A stretch of 64,000 nucleotides of DNA from Pavona decussata (taxonomy: Eukaryota), in NCBI GenBank assembly GCA_977016875.1, contig CDRNST010000006.1:4278001-4342000 (forward strand). Direction: 5' to 3'. Below, piece by piece: positions 47,901 through 59,720 of the stretch. The notes under the pieces are model-generated. The model had not been told where the DNA came from, did no database searches, and worked only from the letters and a program-made list of their open reading frames with translations. Each line of letters starts with the position of its first letter. Positions within the stretch are counted from its first letter, which is position 1. Both the position numbers and the translations under genes were made by a program.

Positions 47901-48516
47901 ATCTCAACAGCTGCCGCCGCTATCAACCGCCACCTAGAGCATCCGATCAACCCTCGCGATTAAGAAAAGCCATGTGAAGCTATACAGAATTACTGTGTTT
48001 CCTAAGCAGTTACGTAATTACACGAGTCTAAAATGCAATGTGAGATGATGTATTAATAATGCACGTGTAGGTTTTAGGTCTTTTCAGGGTTGGAAACATA
48101 TAAAAAGCTATGCCTTGTCATTAAAATATTAAAACCATGACTGGGATTTCATTTGTGTTAGTTAAAGCGCCATGCCTCCATCTTTGACATTCCACAACAG
48201 GGCACCCGAGCGAAAAAGTCGTAAAATAATAGTAGGTCACGTGATCACATCTTAATTTTTTTCTAGCACAGATTACCACATATGTTACTAATATATCAGT
48301 TCCATGTTTATTTTCGTACTCTGAGGCTCGTTTTAAGGTAATTTGATGTTAGCCTCGTTTTCATGTTGGAAATTTCATGACATGCGCAGATCTCGAGTCT
48401 AGAGCTTAACTTGGATCCATATCAGAAATTGTTTGTTTCATGGTTAGTAGTAATCATGCAAAGTTTCATGCTTTTATCACAAAAGTGAACAATTTTGGAC
48501 GATAGCAGCTAGACTA
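41975..48516 (+). mobile_element. AcademX DNA transposon, full length, decayed
   Basis: TAG...CTA termini, ACA 3-bp TSD and ~500-bp TIRs (~41975-42475 / 48027-48516). Confidence 0.88.
42892..47795 (+). pseudogene. Academ transposase fused to an XPG/FEN1-like nuclease and a C-terminal Cys-rich domain
   Basis: Transposase: DNIDH..SFHG, VAVDQLLF, GELHIEM, NYARWL, LDHAHEQ. Nuclease: DIVWD, HEEADSRM, NDTDV, HALTGCDTVS..GKKTAW. Ends in CRGCWKC..CTGLCNCGGNC. Intron at 46812-46889; many stops. Confidence 0.85.
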
Positions 48517-49349
48517 ACACTCCACTGAGAGGAATAGCTTGTGGATATTTTGGACATCAGCCTTCCATGAATTTTTTCTAGTCTCAGCAGCAGCTGTTAC
48601 TGTTTCCTGCAATAATTTTGACTGTCATCATGTTACTGTATATTACCAGTGGCTAAAGAATAAAACACCATTTACATGACTCCAAAACAATTTGTGCAAG
48701 TTAGGCCAAGGACCAATTGAATCGGTCCATGGCTTTATCTTAACTGTAAGCTAAGACTGCAGATAACACTTTGAGCCCCATCGAGGTGTCAATTTTAAAT
48801 ATTTGTAGTACCGCGTCATCCCACTTGTTGATTTCCAAAGTGCATGCATATAGAAACATAGAAACTCTGACCCTGGCATTCTTGAACATAAAAAAGATTA
48901 TTTGAGTGGCTGTTCGCGCGAGGACAGTCTATCATGTCTGACTTCCCAGGATTCCCGCCAATTATGCAAGTAGAAACAAAACTAAAGCCTCGCATAATTT
49001 ACTGGATAACAATATATTGTTCAAAATGCTAAAACTGACATCTTAACAGCATTTACTAAAAAATTGCATGTACATAACCAAAACGGAAATAAAATTGACT
49101 CCACAGTAACAATACGGCCTTATAACCGCAATCCCTCATGAAAACACAAGATCTTTCCTCAGGAAAGGAAGCGAGTGCGCAATTACAAGAAGCCCAAAAT
49201 CTCCACTCTCTATCCATAATGAGAACTTAAAGGCCAATAATGCAATGTGGTGTGAAAATATACAGTACTTCAAAAATATGCATACACATAATATAGGTTA
49301 TATACATGAAGAACAAAATATTCAGTTTAGCAAAATGTTCTGTTGGTGT

Positions 49350-50076
49350 AGTCCATTTTTTAAAGTGGCACATAGTTCTATCAGCGAGAGGCATTTTTCC
49401 GGATTGTCACAACAAGCCAATTTTGCTGCCTTCAGCGACTCTGCTGTTGCTGTTGGAAGCAAAACCAGCACGTCCAATGCCATTTCCCAAAGTAAAAAAT
49501 GTCAGAGGCCACACTTTGGGTGCCTCTGCCACAAACAATTTTGGGAGTGATGTGCCGGGATTGCTTCCAGCAAGCTGTTTGGCCAGATGCAGACAGACAT
49601 AACTTGCTTTGCGTCTGCAATAAACCGTGATTTGCCAAAGTCAATGATCACCGGGTTGTAGTGATCTTTCTGTTTCTCCAGCACAACGTTATTGGCTTTT
49701 AGGTCATTGTGCGAGATACCACGTCGATGTATCTGCCAAAGACCTTTTGCGGTTTCTTTTAGAATTCTCAGCCAGCTGGGTTTGGTGAGAACTGGATGAC
49801 TAGACGAAAGGGCTCGCTTTGTGTGATGATTCCAAACAACAGTGGCAGACATGGATGATCGCCTTACTGACTGATCATGGTTGCCTTGTGGCGAACTTCT
49901 ATCCTTGCGTTGTCCAAAGACGTCTTTTCTCTAACCTTGTACTCCTTGATGGTAACGATGTATCCTCTATAGTGAGCAAGGCGGCATGACCCAAAAGTTC
50001 CGGAGCGAAAGAACTTTTCAGAGTGTATGATTTCCGCAAGACGAATTTCGTTTATCACTGGGCTGGCACATCTCAT
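49350..50076 (-). pseudogene. Protein kinase pseudogene, copy 2
   Basis: 49376-50412 is a direct repeat of 2866-3904, with SGTFGSC, HNDLKANN and IDFGKS. Confidence 0.8.
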
Positions 50077-50439
50077 GTGCGATGGACCCTTTTTACCTGT
50101 TTCTTTGGTCTCAGCCTGCCTTTCTCACAATGCCACGACTTTTGCGGTGTTCCTTTCACTTCCCTCATGCGATGGGGGCTCCAAGAAGCAAAGTTTTCGT
50201 TGACAATTATAGATGAAACATTCTCGTTCAGACCACAAGATTGTGACATACTTGTAACCAGCCAAAAAGAACTTGTGTTTTTCTGTACAGAAAATTCGGA
50301 GAGAATTGTCCTCGCACTACTTTGTTTTCGCTATGTTATAAAATAATTTCTTAAATTTTCCTGCTCTGGTAAAGACATAAATGTTAAGAGAATTCCAAAA
50401 CTAAGAGCAAATATATAGTTAAATAGACGGGAAAAAAAC

Positions 50440-52260
50440 GTATAGGCCAACCTCTGACTGGTCCAGATGGGTTTAATAAAAACGACGTTTCGGTCGTTCA
50501 GCCTTCTTCAAGTTAAAAATGGTTATTTACATTTAAGAGGGCTAGTAGAAGCTGCATATATACAAGAGTAGTATTTCCGAGATAACACATGTAAGTCCGA
50601 TTACGTAAGACAACAAAGCCTAATAACTAACTTAAGAAAAAGGTGACTATTAACACAAAAGTTAGCAAGGCTAGGGTTGCGTAATCGCAACTAAAATAAT
50701 GAAGGTAGACAATAGAAAAGGGTAAATATTAACTAACTAACAAGAATCATGATAATTAACAGTAGCTGTAATAGTCCAAACGTACATGCCATGGTGAATC
50801 AGTTGCTATAGTGGATTCTTTTGTTGGATTTAAATTCACGCCTTTTGTTTAGGCCATGCGGATACAAGGTGAAAAGCTGTCCCGTCGAATAAGCCTCCCT
50901 GGTGAGGGAGCATCTTATTCAAGCATCTTATTCAAGCATCTTATTCTCGTATTCTTCCCTACTAAGGATGACAAACCGGGAACCCTTATCTTAAATTCTA
51001 ATAACATTGTCATTGGACCTTAAATTACGAGTAGCTAACCTCTCCTCCTTAGTAAGAGTGTCTCTTGATTTCTGAATATTCTTGGGATCAAGGATCTCTT
51101 GTTTAACATTGTTGATGAAAAGTTCCACTGCGGGATAGATGGATTTCGAAGGCATCCAATTGCTTGTGGAAGGTGCCGGTGGAAGATTTGTATTGGCACT
51201 ATGAGTAACAGCTGCGTCTCCTTTAAAGTTACGGAGTTTACCGTTTACCAATTACATTAATTCACTGTATCCCACGATCAAGTTTGAATTAGTTTACTCC
51301 GAGAAAAGTTTGAACGTCCTTGACCTCACGCTACACCTTGAGGGAGGGTACATTTCCACGGATATTTACGCCAAACCCACTGATTGCCATCTTTACTTGC
51401 CCTTTTCTAGCTCCCACCCTGATCACTGTAAAAGAGCTATTCTCTTTGGGGTTGCCCTTAGAATTAAGCGAAATTGTTCCAAGGAAGAAATGCTTAATAA
51501 AAGATGCATTGAATACAAGGGTTATCTGAAACATCAAAATTACAACACAGAACTAGTTGACAGGCAATTTGAAAGGGCCCTTGAAATTGAGAGGTCGGAA
51601 ATTCTTAAGAAAAAGGAGAAGACTAACAAAAAAGTCTTCCCTTTGGTATTAGATTTCAATCCCTTGCTTCCAGATGCTGGCAAAATCATTAGGAAACATT
51701 TGCATATTCTCAAATCTTCGCCCCACCTCAGGGAGATATTTACACCTAAGTCTATTTTTCCCGCTTTCCGCCGCACTAAAAATTTGAAAGAGCTTCTTGC
51801 ACCTTCAAAGTGTAAACCAGTTAATTATTCCAACAGCGACAAGTCAGAAAATGGCTGTTTCAAATGTGGAAAGAAATGCGATCTTTGCAAAAACTTTCTT
51901 ATTGAGGCTCCTAAATTTAAGAGTTTCGCCACGGCACGGGAATACCATTTAACCCAGAAAGTAGGTTGCTCCTCCGAAAATGTGATTTATTTGGCCTCTT
52001 GTAACAAGTGCAATCTCCAACATGTCAGCTCCACATCTACTGCTTTTAAAATAAGATGCCGTAACCACAAATCAGCTATGCTTACCAATACGAAAACCTG
52101 TGAGCTTGCCATGCATTTCAATCATACCGAGCATAGTATTTCCGATATTAAGTTTATTGTTATTGATAAGATCAGTAATTTCAGAAGCCTGTTACATTTA
52201 GAACAATTGCTGCTCACCAGGGAAGCTTATTGGACGGCACAGCTTTTCACCTTGTATCAC
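50440..52260. mobile_element. Rearranged Penelope-like retroelement (RT + GIY-YIG)
   Basis: Plus strand 51253-52260: LDL..DIYAKPTD.HLYL..SSHP and VIYLASCNKC..REAYW. Minus strand 50940-51200: N-terminal part (LTKEER.A..L..DKGS). Minus strand 50805-50910: GIY-YIG C-terminus (LYPHGLNKR), followed by a 3' UTR with a hammerhead-like motif. Confidence 0.85.
51310..52260 (+). pseudogene. Penelope RT C-terminus + GIY-YIG endonuclease, truncated
   Basis: 328-aa ORF in which the YIG motif has decayed to HVS. It lacks the RT active site and runs into flanking DNA. Confidence 0.85.
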
Positions 52261-52264
52261 CGCA

Positions 52265-53412
52265 TAATTGGGATTTCCACATTATGTCGGCGTTAGCCAT
52301 TTTTTACCTGATGTCGTTAAACACTTTTTAACATATCGTCTGTTCTTTTTCTGATTTTGTAAATTTCCTTTCGTGAACTTACTCCTTAATGTGGTATCTA
52401 ACGAACGAGTGAAAAAAAAGAAATTTTGGAAAATCCAACAACTTTTAGTTTACAGTTCCCTTAAGGAGGCCATTTACATTAACAAAAAAAAACCTTTTCT
52501 GAATAGGGATGAGTGACTGGACTTCCCCGACAATTATAACTATCTCCTGTACTGGGACTATGTGAACAAAATCACATGATCTCACCTGATTATTCACATG
52601 CAAGTGATGAAGTTCAAGTGATTCAAACGAAATATTCTAATCTTAAGAAATATTTTAACGTTTTAACGTTAATCCCCAAATTACAGTTGTTCTTTTTTGG
52701 CCTGCAGTTAGGGTCATGTAAATTCATAGAAAGTCAAGTGTGTTATGGCATTAAGGACGGTGCCTCCTTTTGCTACTGCACATCTTGGAATGATCCAAGA
52801 AAGTAGGGTTTCTTAATGGCAGTGCAGGTTAAAATGGAGATATTTTTTGTGCAATTTCTAACTATGCCGGAAAAAAATTGGTGGTAACCGAGCATTTTTC
52901 CGAGATAGTTAAGCTTCAATTTGGGAAAAAATGCCATACTTGGTTTTGTATTGTACTGCTTTGTAGAATAATCTTTGCTCAGATACCTCTGAAAAATGCT
53001 TGGTTACCCCAATTTTCTTTCAGGATTCCAGTAGCCCTTGCTAAGATCTCCTTTTCCTGCTTAGTGATAAACCGCACAAAAATATATCCGTATTAGAAGG
53101 CACTGTCCTTTAAGGCCGTCCAGTGAGTTGAGAATATCCAAATGTTCCTGCTTACTGACAACAGCTATGTTACCGGGTAAAGAACAAATATCTGTTCACA
53201 AGAACCGCACTGTGGCTGTATACACGATTGCTTTCCTGGTTTGGTCTACCTTGCACTGACGGCTTGCCACAAATGACTTTCAGTTCCCACTGGATAGGAT
53301 GCACCCCAATCATCCTTGGTTATTGTTTGTACGATCTCTGCCCCCTGACCTGTAACTTGTAGTAGTAGTAATCTTCCCCAGGATCTCCTGACGCCATTGC
53401 CACTATGGAACC
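52265..53412 (+). repeat. Insertion-free paralog of 28005-41260
   Basis: Colinear with 28005-28236, 33320-33350, 33834-34208 and 40747-41260. Confidence 0.92.
52755..53109. mobile_element. Kolobok-like short non-autonomous element, uninterrupted copy
   Basis: TTAA|GGACGGTGCCT...AGGCACTGTCCT|TTAA. Confidence 0.65.
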
Positions 53413-55750
53413 CTTGGTGACAAGATCCTTCACGAAGGATCGCTGCTCTCCTGTCGCCCCTTGTTACTCTTGTTGCTGAAAATCCCTCTGATTCAAGTTG
53501 GTCGTCTTCCCCAGGCTGTATCCAGCCCTGATTCAAACAGTCCTCATAATCGTTCCTCATAATGCAGTTGCAGTAGCAGGATAGTAACAGACTCTTGATT
53601 TTCAAACCATTTTGGTCGTCAGTGGCCATAGTGCTGTGTATATGTGGACTCCCTTTAATCTGCTTAAACCTTCAGCCGTGCCTATTTCTTTGATACTGTT
53701 CTATATAGGAAAAGATCCTCCTTTTAATCCCACACTTTGTGACCTGTAGCCGGTGGAGCTGGGCTTGGTCAAGTATTGTTTCGCGTTATTGAATAGATTG
53801 TACGCATTCTGGATAACAACTTGTTGCTTAATTAGGGACTTTACGCAAACACGACGCCGACGGCAACGAAAACGTCAATAAAGAAAAGGCTTAATGAGCT
53901 AAACAATGCTGTGCACGTGCATTTTAAATTTTGGTACATTTCTTTGCTGTCCTCTGCAAAACAACAACGTGAAATGCCCAAATTCAACGTTTTTTAGAGA
54001 GCGTGAGCACATGACAGTAAATTTTCATTCTCTGTGCTGACTTGAAGACTGTTCCCGCCAGTTTTGTTACTGGATAGTTCGACCACATTGTAGAAGTTGA
54101 ACGAATTGGAATAAGCGCAAAGTAGTGCAAGTAACAGGAACTTGTATTTTCAAGTGCCTTTTTCGTTGGCGTTGCCGTCCTGGTTACATAAAGTCCCCAT
54201 TATGGCCAGCTTTGCTTTGTGCTTCAGGTTAGTGCCTGCTCCATCCTGTGGACCTTTTGCATGTGACATTTCAAAAAATTTAGGGAGAGTCAAGAAACCA
54301 AATCAGCGACTAAATAACTCACATCTCTCATACAGTGACAGCTCTTATACTTAGAAGCACATCCATCTGTCCATTCATGCATAACCACGATAGGATAGTT
54401 TATATTTTTGAGGTAGTCGGCCACAATTGCTCTGCATCCATGAACTGAGTCATGGTCATGCTTTATATCTGGAGAAATAACAAACAAATGTTCAGTTATA
54501 ATCTCCGTGGTTTGCTTGGTGCTCTCAATTCCATCCATTTCTTCGATTGCACGATGGTGATGGATAGTAACGTGGATAGAAGCCTGAGCTTGTGAAAAAT
54601 AAAGCGACTGAATCTGGTCCTGGTATTGACAGCTGTAATTTTCGGGGTAGTCTTGAACGCTGCAAACGTGCTGGAAGACTGTCTACAGTTTTTTTCATTT
54701 GTTCCAGCTGCCATTTTGCTTGGAACTGATGTCCAGGAAAAGAATTGAGAAGAATTTTAAAGTAGGCAAACATCTCTTCTGCTGTTGTTTTCTTTGTTAC
54801 TATCTTTAGTCACCGTTTTCTCCTGTAGTTGTAAGAGCAAGGTATTCAAACGGCTCCCAATTCACTTTAGAGGCCGAGATGCTTTTGTCTTGTTCCTCTG
54901 ACATGAGTTTCAGATCTCCAGTTCCACATTCTTCACACTGGCGATCGATGCAAGATAAATGGTGATATGAGGCATCTCCTTATTCGCACATTGTCTTCAA
55001 CTAGATCAGTCAGATGTTCGTTTATTGGAAATTTCTCTGAAACCCATACACGCCTTGAATAGCATCTGAATCTCAACATGGACATGGCAGCAGCAACATT
55101 CTTGTCTTACCACTATGACATAAAATGGTTTGGGATTCTCAAAGGCTCTCTGTCCCATACCGACGTTGGGGTACATTTCTTTGAAGTCTTTCTACACCTC
55201 TGTCTGGGTTTTCTCTAAGACGTGTTTTTCATGGGAAACATACTGGCTTGCCCTGATGCGCTTCCTTTTCATGTCTTTCTTCTTGCCTGTTGTGCGTGAT
55301 ATACCTGGTCTACTCCAAAATTCTTGAGCAAGCTTTTTGTGCTCATCAGGTATTGCATCACAACGTGTACATCCCATAAGGCAGCTTTATCACAAAGAAC
55401 ACGATTTTCTTGCTGTACACTCATTGCCACACAACGGTTGATGTTTAAGGCATCAGCTAATCTTCTACGCATGTTTCCTTGAACAATGCTGGTACCACAT
55501 GGCATCGAAAGACCAACATGCGTAGTGGTGCGATCTCCACCACATTGCTTGTGTTGTGTACTATCTAAAGCTGTTGATATGTCATTGATCACCGCCTTTG
55601 GGAGTCATACTTGTTCTTGTTGTTCAAGCGTGTTAAAGGTGATTGACTGTGACAGAGATTTCCAGGTGTTTAGACCATTCAGTAATGCCCTGAGAACTTC
55701 GCTGGATTTTTGAGGTGATTGCAGTAAAGCCTTTTTCGCGTTAGCGATCG
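53250..55750 (-). pseudogene. Sola2-like DDD transposase pseudogene
   Basis: Fragments QDYPENYSCQYQDQIQSLYF, VISPDIKHD, WTDGCASKYKS and FEMSHAKGPQDGAG, upstream CCCCHVH, and C-terminal CYCNC. The family assignment rests on recalled motifs. Termini were not found. Confidence 0.6.
53833..54199. mobile_element. MITE inserted in the Sola2-like ORF
   Basis: GGGACTTTA.G.AA.. / ..TTACATAAAGTCCC inverted ends. The host frame (AKLA-IIKQQVVIQNA) resumes across it. Confidence 0.7.
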
Positions 55751-55959
55751 CCCATTTTTTGCCATTCATGATGGGAATGAGGTATCTGGTTCCGCTGGTT
55801 CATCATTTGAGTCGCTTTTGTCATCTGCCACTGGAATTATGAGTTATTGGATTTTTTGCTGTTTTGAGATGTTTTCTTTGTTTTTTTCATAGTGCAATTT
55901 TGAGCTCTCTCGACTGGATTGTTTTTTCCTTTTCTGGCCACTGCTTCATGAGCTCTGCC

Positions 55960-56900
55960 TTAGATGCATCCAAACATAGATACAGGAATGACTGAGTGAA
56001 ATATTCGAAATCTATGGACCTTACAGATCGCCCTCTCCACATGTAGGCAATGCCTTGCAATTGTTTGAGTTTTGACATCATCTTCAAATCCAACTTTATC
56101 TTTTAAAAAGGAGGGAATGTTCAAATATAAGTGAAGTTTTTTTAATTCATCGTGGATATCAAAACCTTCGTCAGCCATTAAAGAATCCCCCTTCTTTATT
56201 TCACTAACTGTTAGTTTCAAACCAGATCTCTCTCCAGATCTCACTGATGGATCCCTCATAAAGCTGAGATATAAACATGATTACACTTTTGGAATCAACA
56301 CCAAGACGGCATTTCAATGTTGTGTGAGATTTTTATGTACTGTAACTTTCACTGTGCTTCTGAGGTGTTCTCGGAACTTCAATCTTAAGTTCAGTTGCAT
56401 CAATAATGCAAATGTTGTTCAGGTACTTTTCCAAGAGTTCCACAGGTGTGTTTTGCAAAATAATATCTCTGTGTGGTCATATTTTGAGGCTTCCAGGTAT
56501 CACATAAACATAGTTAATCCAGGTAAGAAATGTATTATTAACCATACTTTCACTGATACCAAATCTTTCTCCTAGATCAACGATACTGAAACCCATTCAA
56601 AGTCTCATTAAAACAAGAAGGTCCTCCTCTACTACCAGTTTATGTGCTGTATGGCACGTGAAAGTAGACTCATTGTGTTCTTCTTGATCGTTAATGTCGT
56701 CTGGGTGATCAAAATCACCATCAAACAATCTTTCTGTATCAATGACGCTGTTTTTTCTAGCTTCACTATCCCAGTAGATTAACAGTTTTCTATCTAGGTT
56801 TGGTAGTACAAACTGTAGCATGTTCATAAACTCACCATGAGAAAACTGAATCCAGTAAAGTGAGTAAACAATTTTTCCTCTATTTAGGTGCGGTGCGCTT
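55960..56900 (-). pseudogene. Third ISL2EU/Harbinger-type transposase remnant
   Basis: LLVLMRL, GDSLMADEGFDI, LNIPSFL and CLHVERAI..FRIF. Confidence 0.75.
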
Positions 56901-58921
56901 TGAAAGCAAATGAGCTGCAGAAAACTTATGCGAGCAGGGAATTCGCTCAGAGTCATCAGAGGTAGTGCACACGTCATTCTCAAACGGCTGTGTTTTCCTG
57001 GAAACTAAAATTATGTCACTGTTTGTGTTTGTGACGTCTCCTCCTTCATCGTTGAAATTTGTACATTAAGGTCAATACCAAAGATGTTAGAAAAAAATAC
57101 AAGCAAAAGAGCTCCAATTTAAATTCGTGCTTCATGAACAGGATAAGTCTACATATCTCAGTGTTAGACCTGCACTCGCTATTCCCTTTTATTACCCAAC
57201 TCATAGTACTACCAATAATGCGCGAAACAAATAAAATTTGCTGCCATAATGGCACAGATAAAGGAGGAGAAATCAGGTATCCCATGAGTCTCCGCGAAAA
57301 ATTATCGACTAGAAGGTGTCAAGTATCGATGCGAAGGCGAGCACGCAGTCCGAAATCGACTGAATTTCAAGTGGCTATTTTTCCTTATTCAGGATCTGAG
57401 AATGTAAGTTAAATCGTTTTGTGTATTGCTTTGGCAATAAAGTTCAAGCTTGCACTACAATTTCGCAGCTAATTTGCCTAAGAATAAAGAAAAACATACA
57501 ATTGTTTGGAGTGGTATGCATGATCGACTCGCTTTGTTTGTTCGCGGCTCTCAAATGCTTGACCCAAATTTGACCCTAGCGAGTTCAATCCTGGGTACAT
57601 TAGCGTGAAATCTTGCTTGTTGTTGCTCGAATAGTATCTCCTTTGAATTTTATTCAAGGTCCCCTAAAGTCCCCATGTTTTGAAGGAATTTGTGTTCGTT
57701 GAAGTTTGCCTAAATTGGCGCCAAGCATGTAAACAACTGAATAATGCTGCCTTTGAACGATCACTCGTTTTCCGGGTTTAAATGAACAGTACTTTAAGCC
57801 TATTCTGTTCGGTTCTATTTGTGTAAGGACATCAAGTGGTGACGTAAATGCTTCCTTTTAAGACGATATTCAAGCAAACGGTAAATGCATGGAAGAAGTC
57901 GAAGAGGAGTTGAGTGGCAAGCGGCCGTTCAATGTTTCTGATCGCACTAACAAGCAAAGAAGCCACTCTCGCAAGTCTTTTGGAAAACTAACGTGTCCCA
58001 TGACCATTAGAAACCGACAACAGGCTAAGTTTGACGAATTGACATAACTCTGACTGTCTAAATCTAAGCAATTCACGTAAAGCAATGGTGACGGAGAGGG
58101 CAGATCAGCGTTCACTCCGAGAAGCCCCATCGCAAATGTGAGATCGCGTATCAACATCGAGTTGATAATATAGTTGGAAGCGAGGCATTGTGGGATACCT
58201 GAATTTTCCTCCTTTGGCACAGATAGTTATTTGCAGAGCAAGAGCACTGGTTTGGAGGCTATTCGTACAGTAGAAAACAGATTTGCTAGCATGTGTGCGC
58301 TCATTACATCATAATTTTCTTGCCATTTGTTAGAAAAGATTAAGTTGCATCACAAATATCTTGTTTTGTTTTGGAACGTAGTATCACTGTATGTTTTTAT
58401 AGGTTGTATTCTATGTTGACTTTTCCTGTGAGTTCGTTGAAATTTGCCAGTTTATACCCATGCTTACAGTAACTCATTAAGATAATTCATTTTTACCCAC
58501 ATATTACTGAACAATTTTTGTTCTTAACTGTTGTAGTGTTCACCTCCATAAGCTTTACGAGACGGATTAATTAAGAGTTTAAAAGGATCTTCAATACTTC
58601 TGTTTAACTTACTTAGTGCACACAGCTGTGTGCGAACAATGGATATGCAGTATACAAAAGCGCTTTTACTTACAAAACTTTACTTTAGCAAAATGTAAAA
58701 AATAAAACATGTTTTATAAAACTGGCAGGAAATAAGCCAATAGCAAGAAAGCGTTATTTCACTACAACTGCCACAATTCAATTCTTTTTTTTACTTTTTT
58801 ACTAAAATTTTGCAATCCAGGAGCGGAGCACATAGCAAGAACAAAAGCAAGAACAAGTAAAATATCTGATGGATTCCGGTGCTGTGGAAAGATGATGTTA
58901 TCGCGCAAACAGCCTACTTAC

Positions 58922-59720
58922 CTTGACCATTGTGCAAATGCCGGCCTGGCCTTTAAGCCATATACACTTCTCCCCTTAAGCTCTTCGGGGGCAAAGAGAA
59001 TTCTCATCAGGGAACAACAAAACCTCCCCTTGGTTTTTGACTTCGAAGCCACTCTGATCAGTTCTCCTTTTGTTAGCTAACCTTTGGGGAGGAGATAAAG
59101 GTATAGGGCGAGGGCTGGTGAGGGCAAGTGCCCTTTTGCTGGGATCCTGCTCTTCCTCAGGTGATTACCGGTAGAGTTGGTTGTGCAGTTTGCTGCAGCC
59201 ATTGTCTTTCAACTTGATTGGGTAGGTGTGGTATTTGATAAGGCATTTGGTACTTGGGGTCGCAGAATAACTGATGTTGTGGGTGGCATAGCAGTTGAAT
59301 GGGTGGGTGGCAAGACAAGTGGCATTGTGAGTAGTATGGTAGCTGGCTGGGTGGATGGGAGGGAAGTTGGTGGGATGGCTGGTAGAGGGCAGCGTGCTAG
59401 TTGGCTGAGTTGTGGCAGGTTGAACCGAAGGTAGGGAAGCTGGCAGGGTGGGTGGTAATATTGGTGGAACTAGAGGAGGTAAGCAGAAGGGTAGAGAAGG
59501 TGGTAGGGTAAAGGGCAGGTTGGGTGGTAAAGTGGATGGTAGAGGGGTAGGGAATAAACCCAATTTTTTGGTACAAACCCCTGGAGGAGACAGTATTTGC
59601 TGGAGGAGTTGATTAGTTTAAACAGAATTCGTTATTAGGGCAGATAATTTCGAAGAATCAGTAGCAGCTGTAGGAGTAAAAGCTGGAGGACTTGGGATCT
59701 ACCTCATCAGTTCCTTGATG
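58922..59720 (-). pseudogene. Pro/Thr-rich ORF remnant followed by a BEN-domain-like segment
   Basis: An (LPPT)-like repeat ORF, then at 59076-58922 LTKGELIRVASKSKTKGRFCCSLMRILFAPEELKGRSVYGLKARPAF, ending at a GTAAGT donor. Confidence 0.5.

Noticed and set aside
57260-58300. Plus-strand coding-like stretch (MEEVEEELSGKRPF..)
   Set aside because: It has multiple stops and no recognisable motif.
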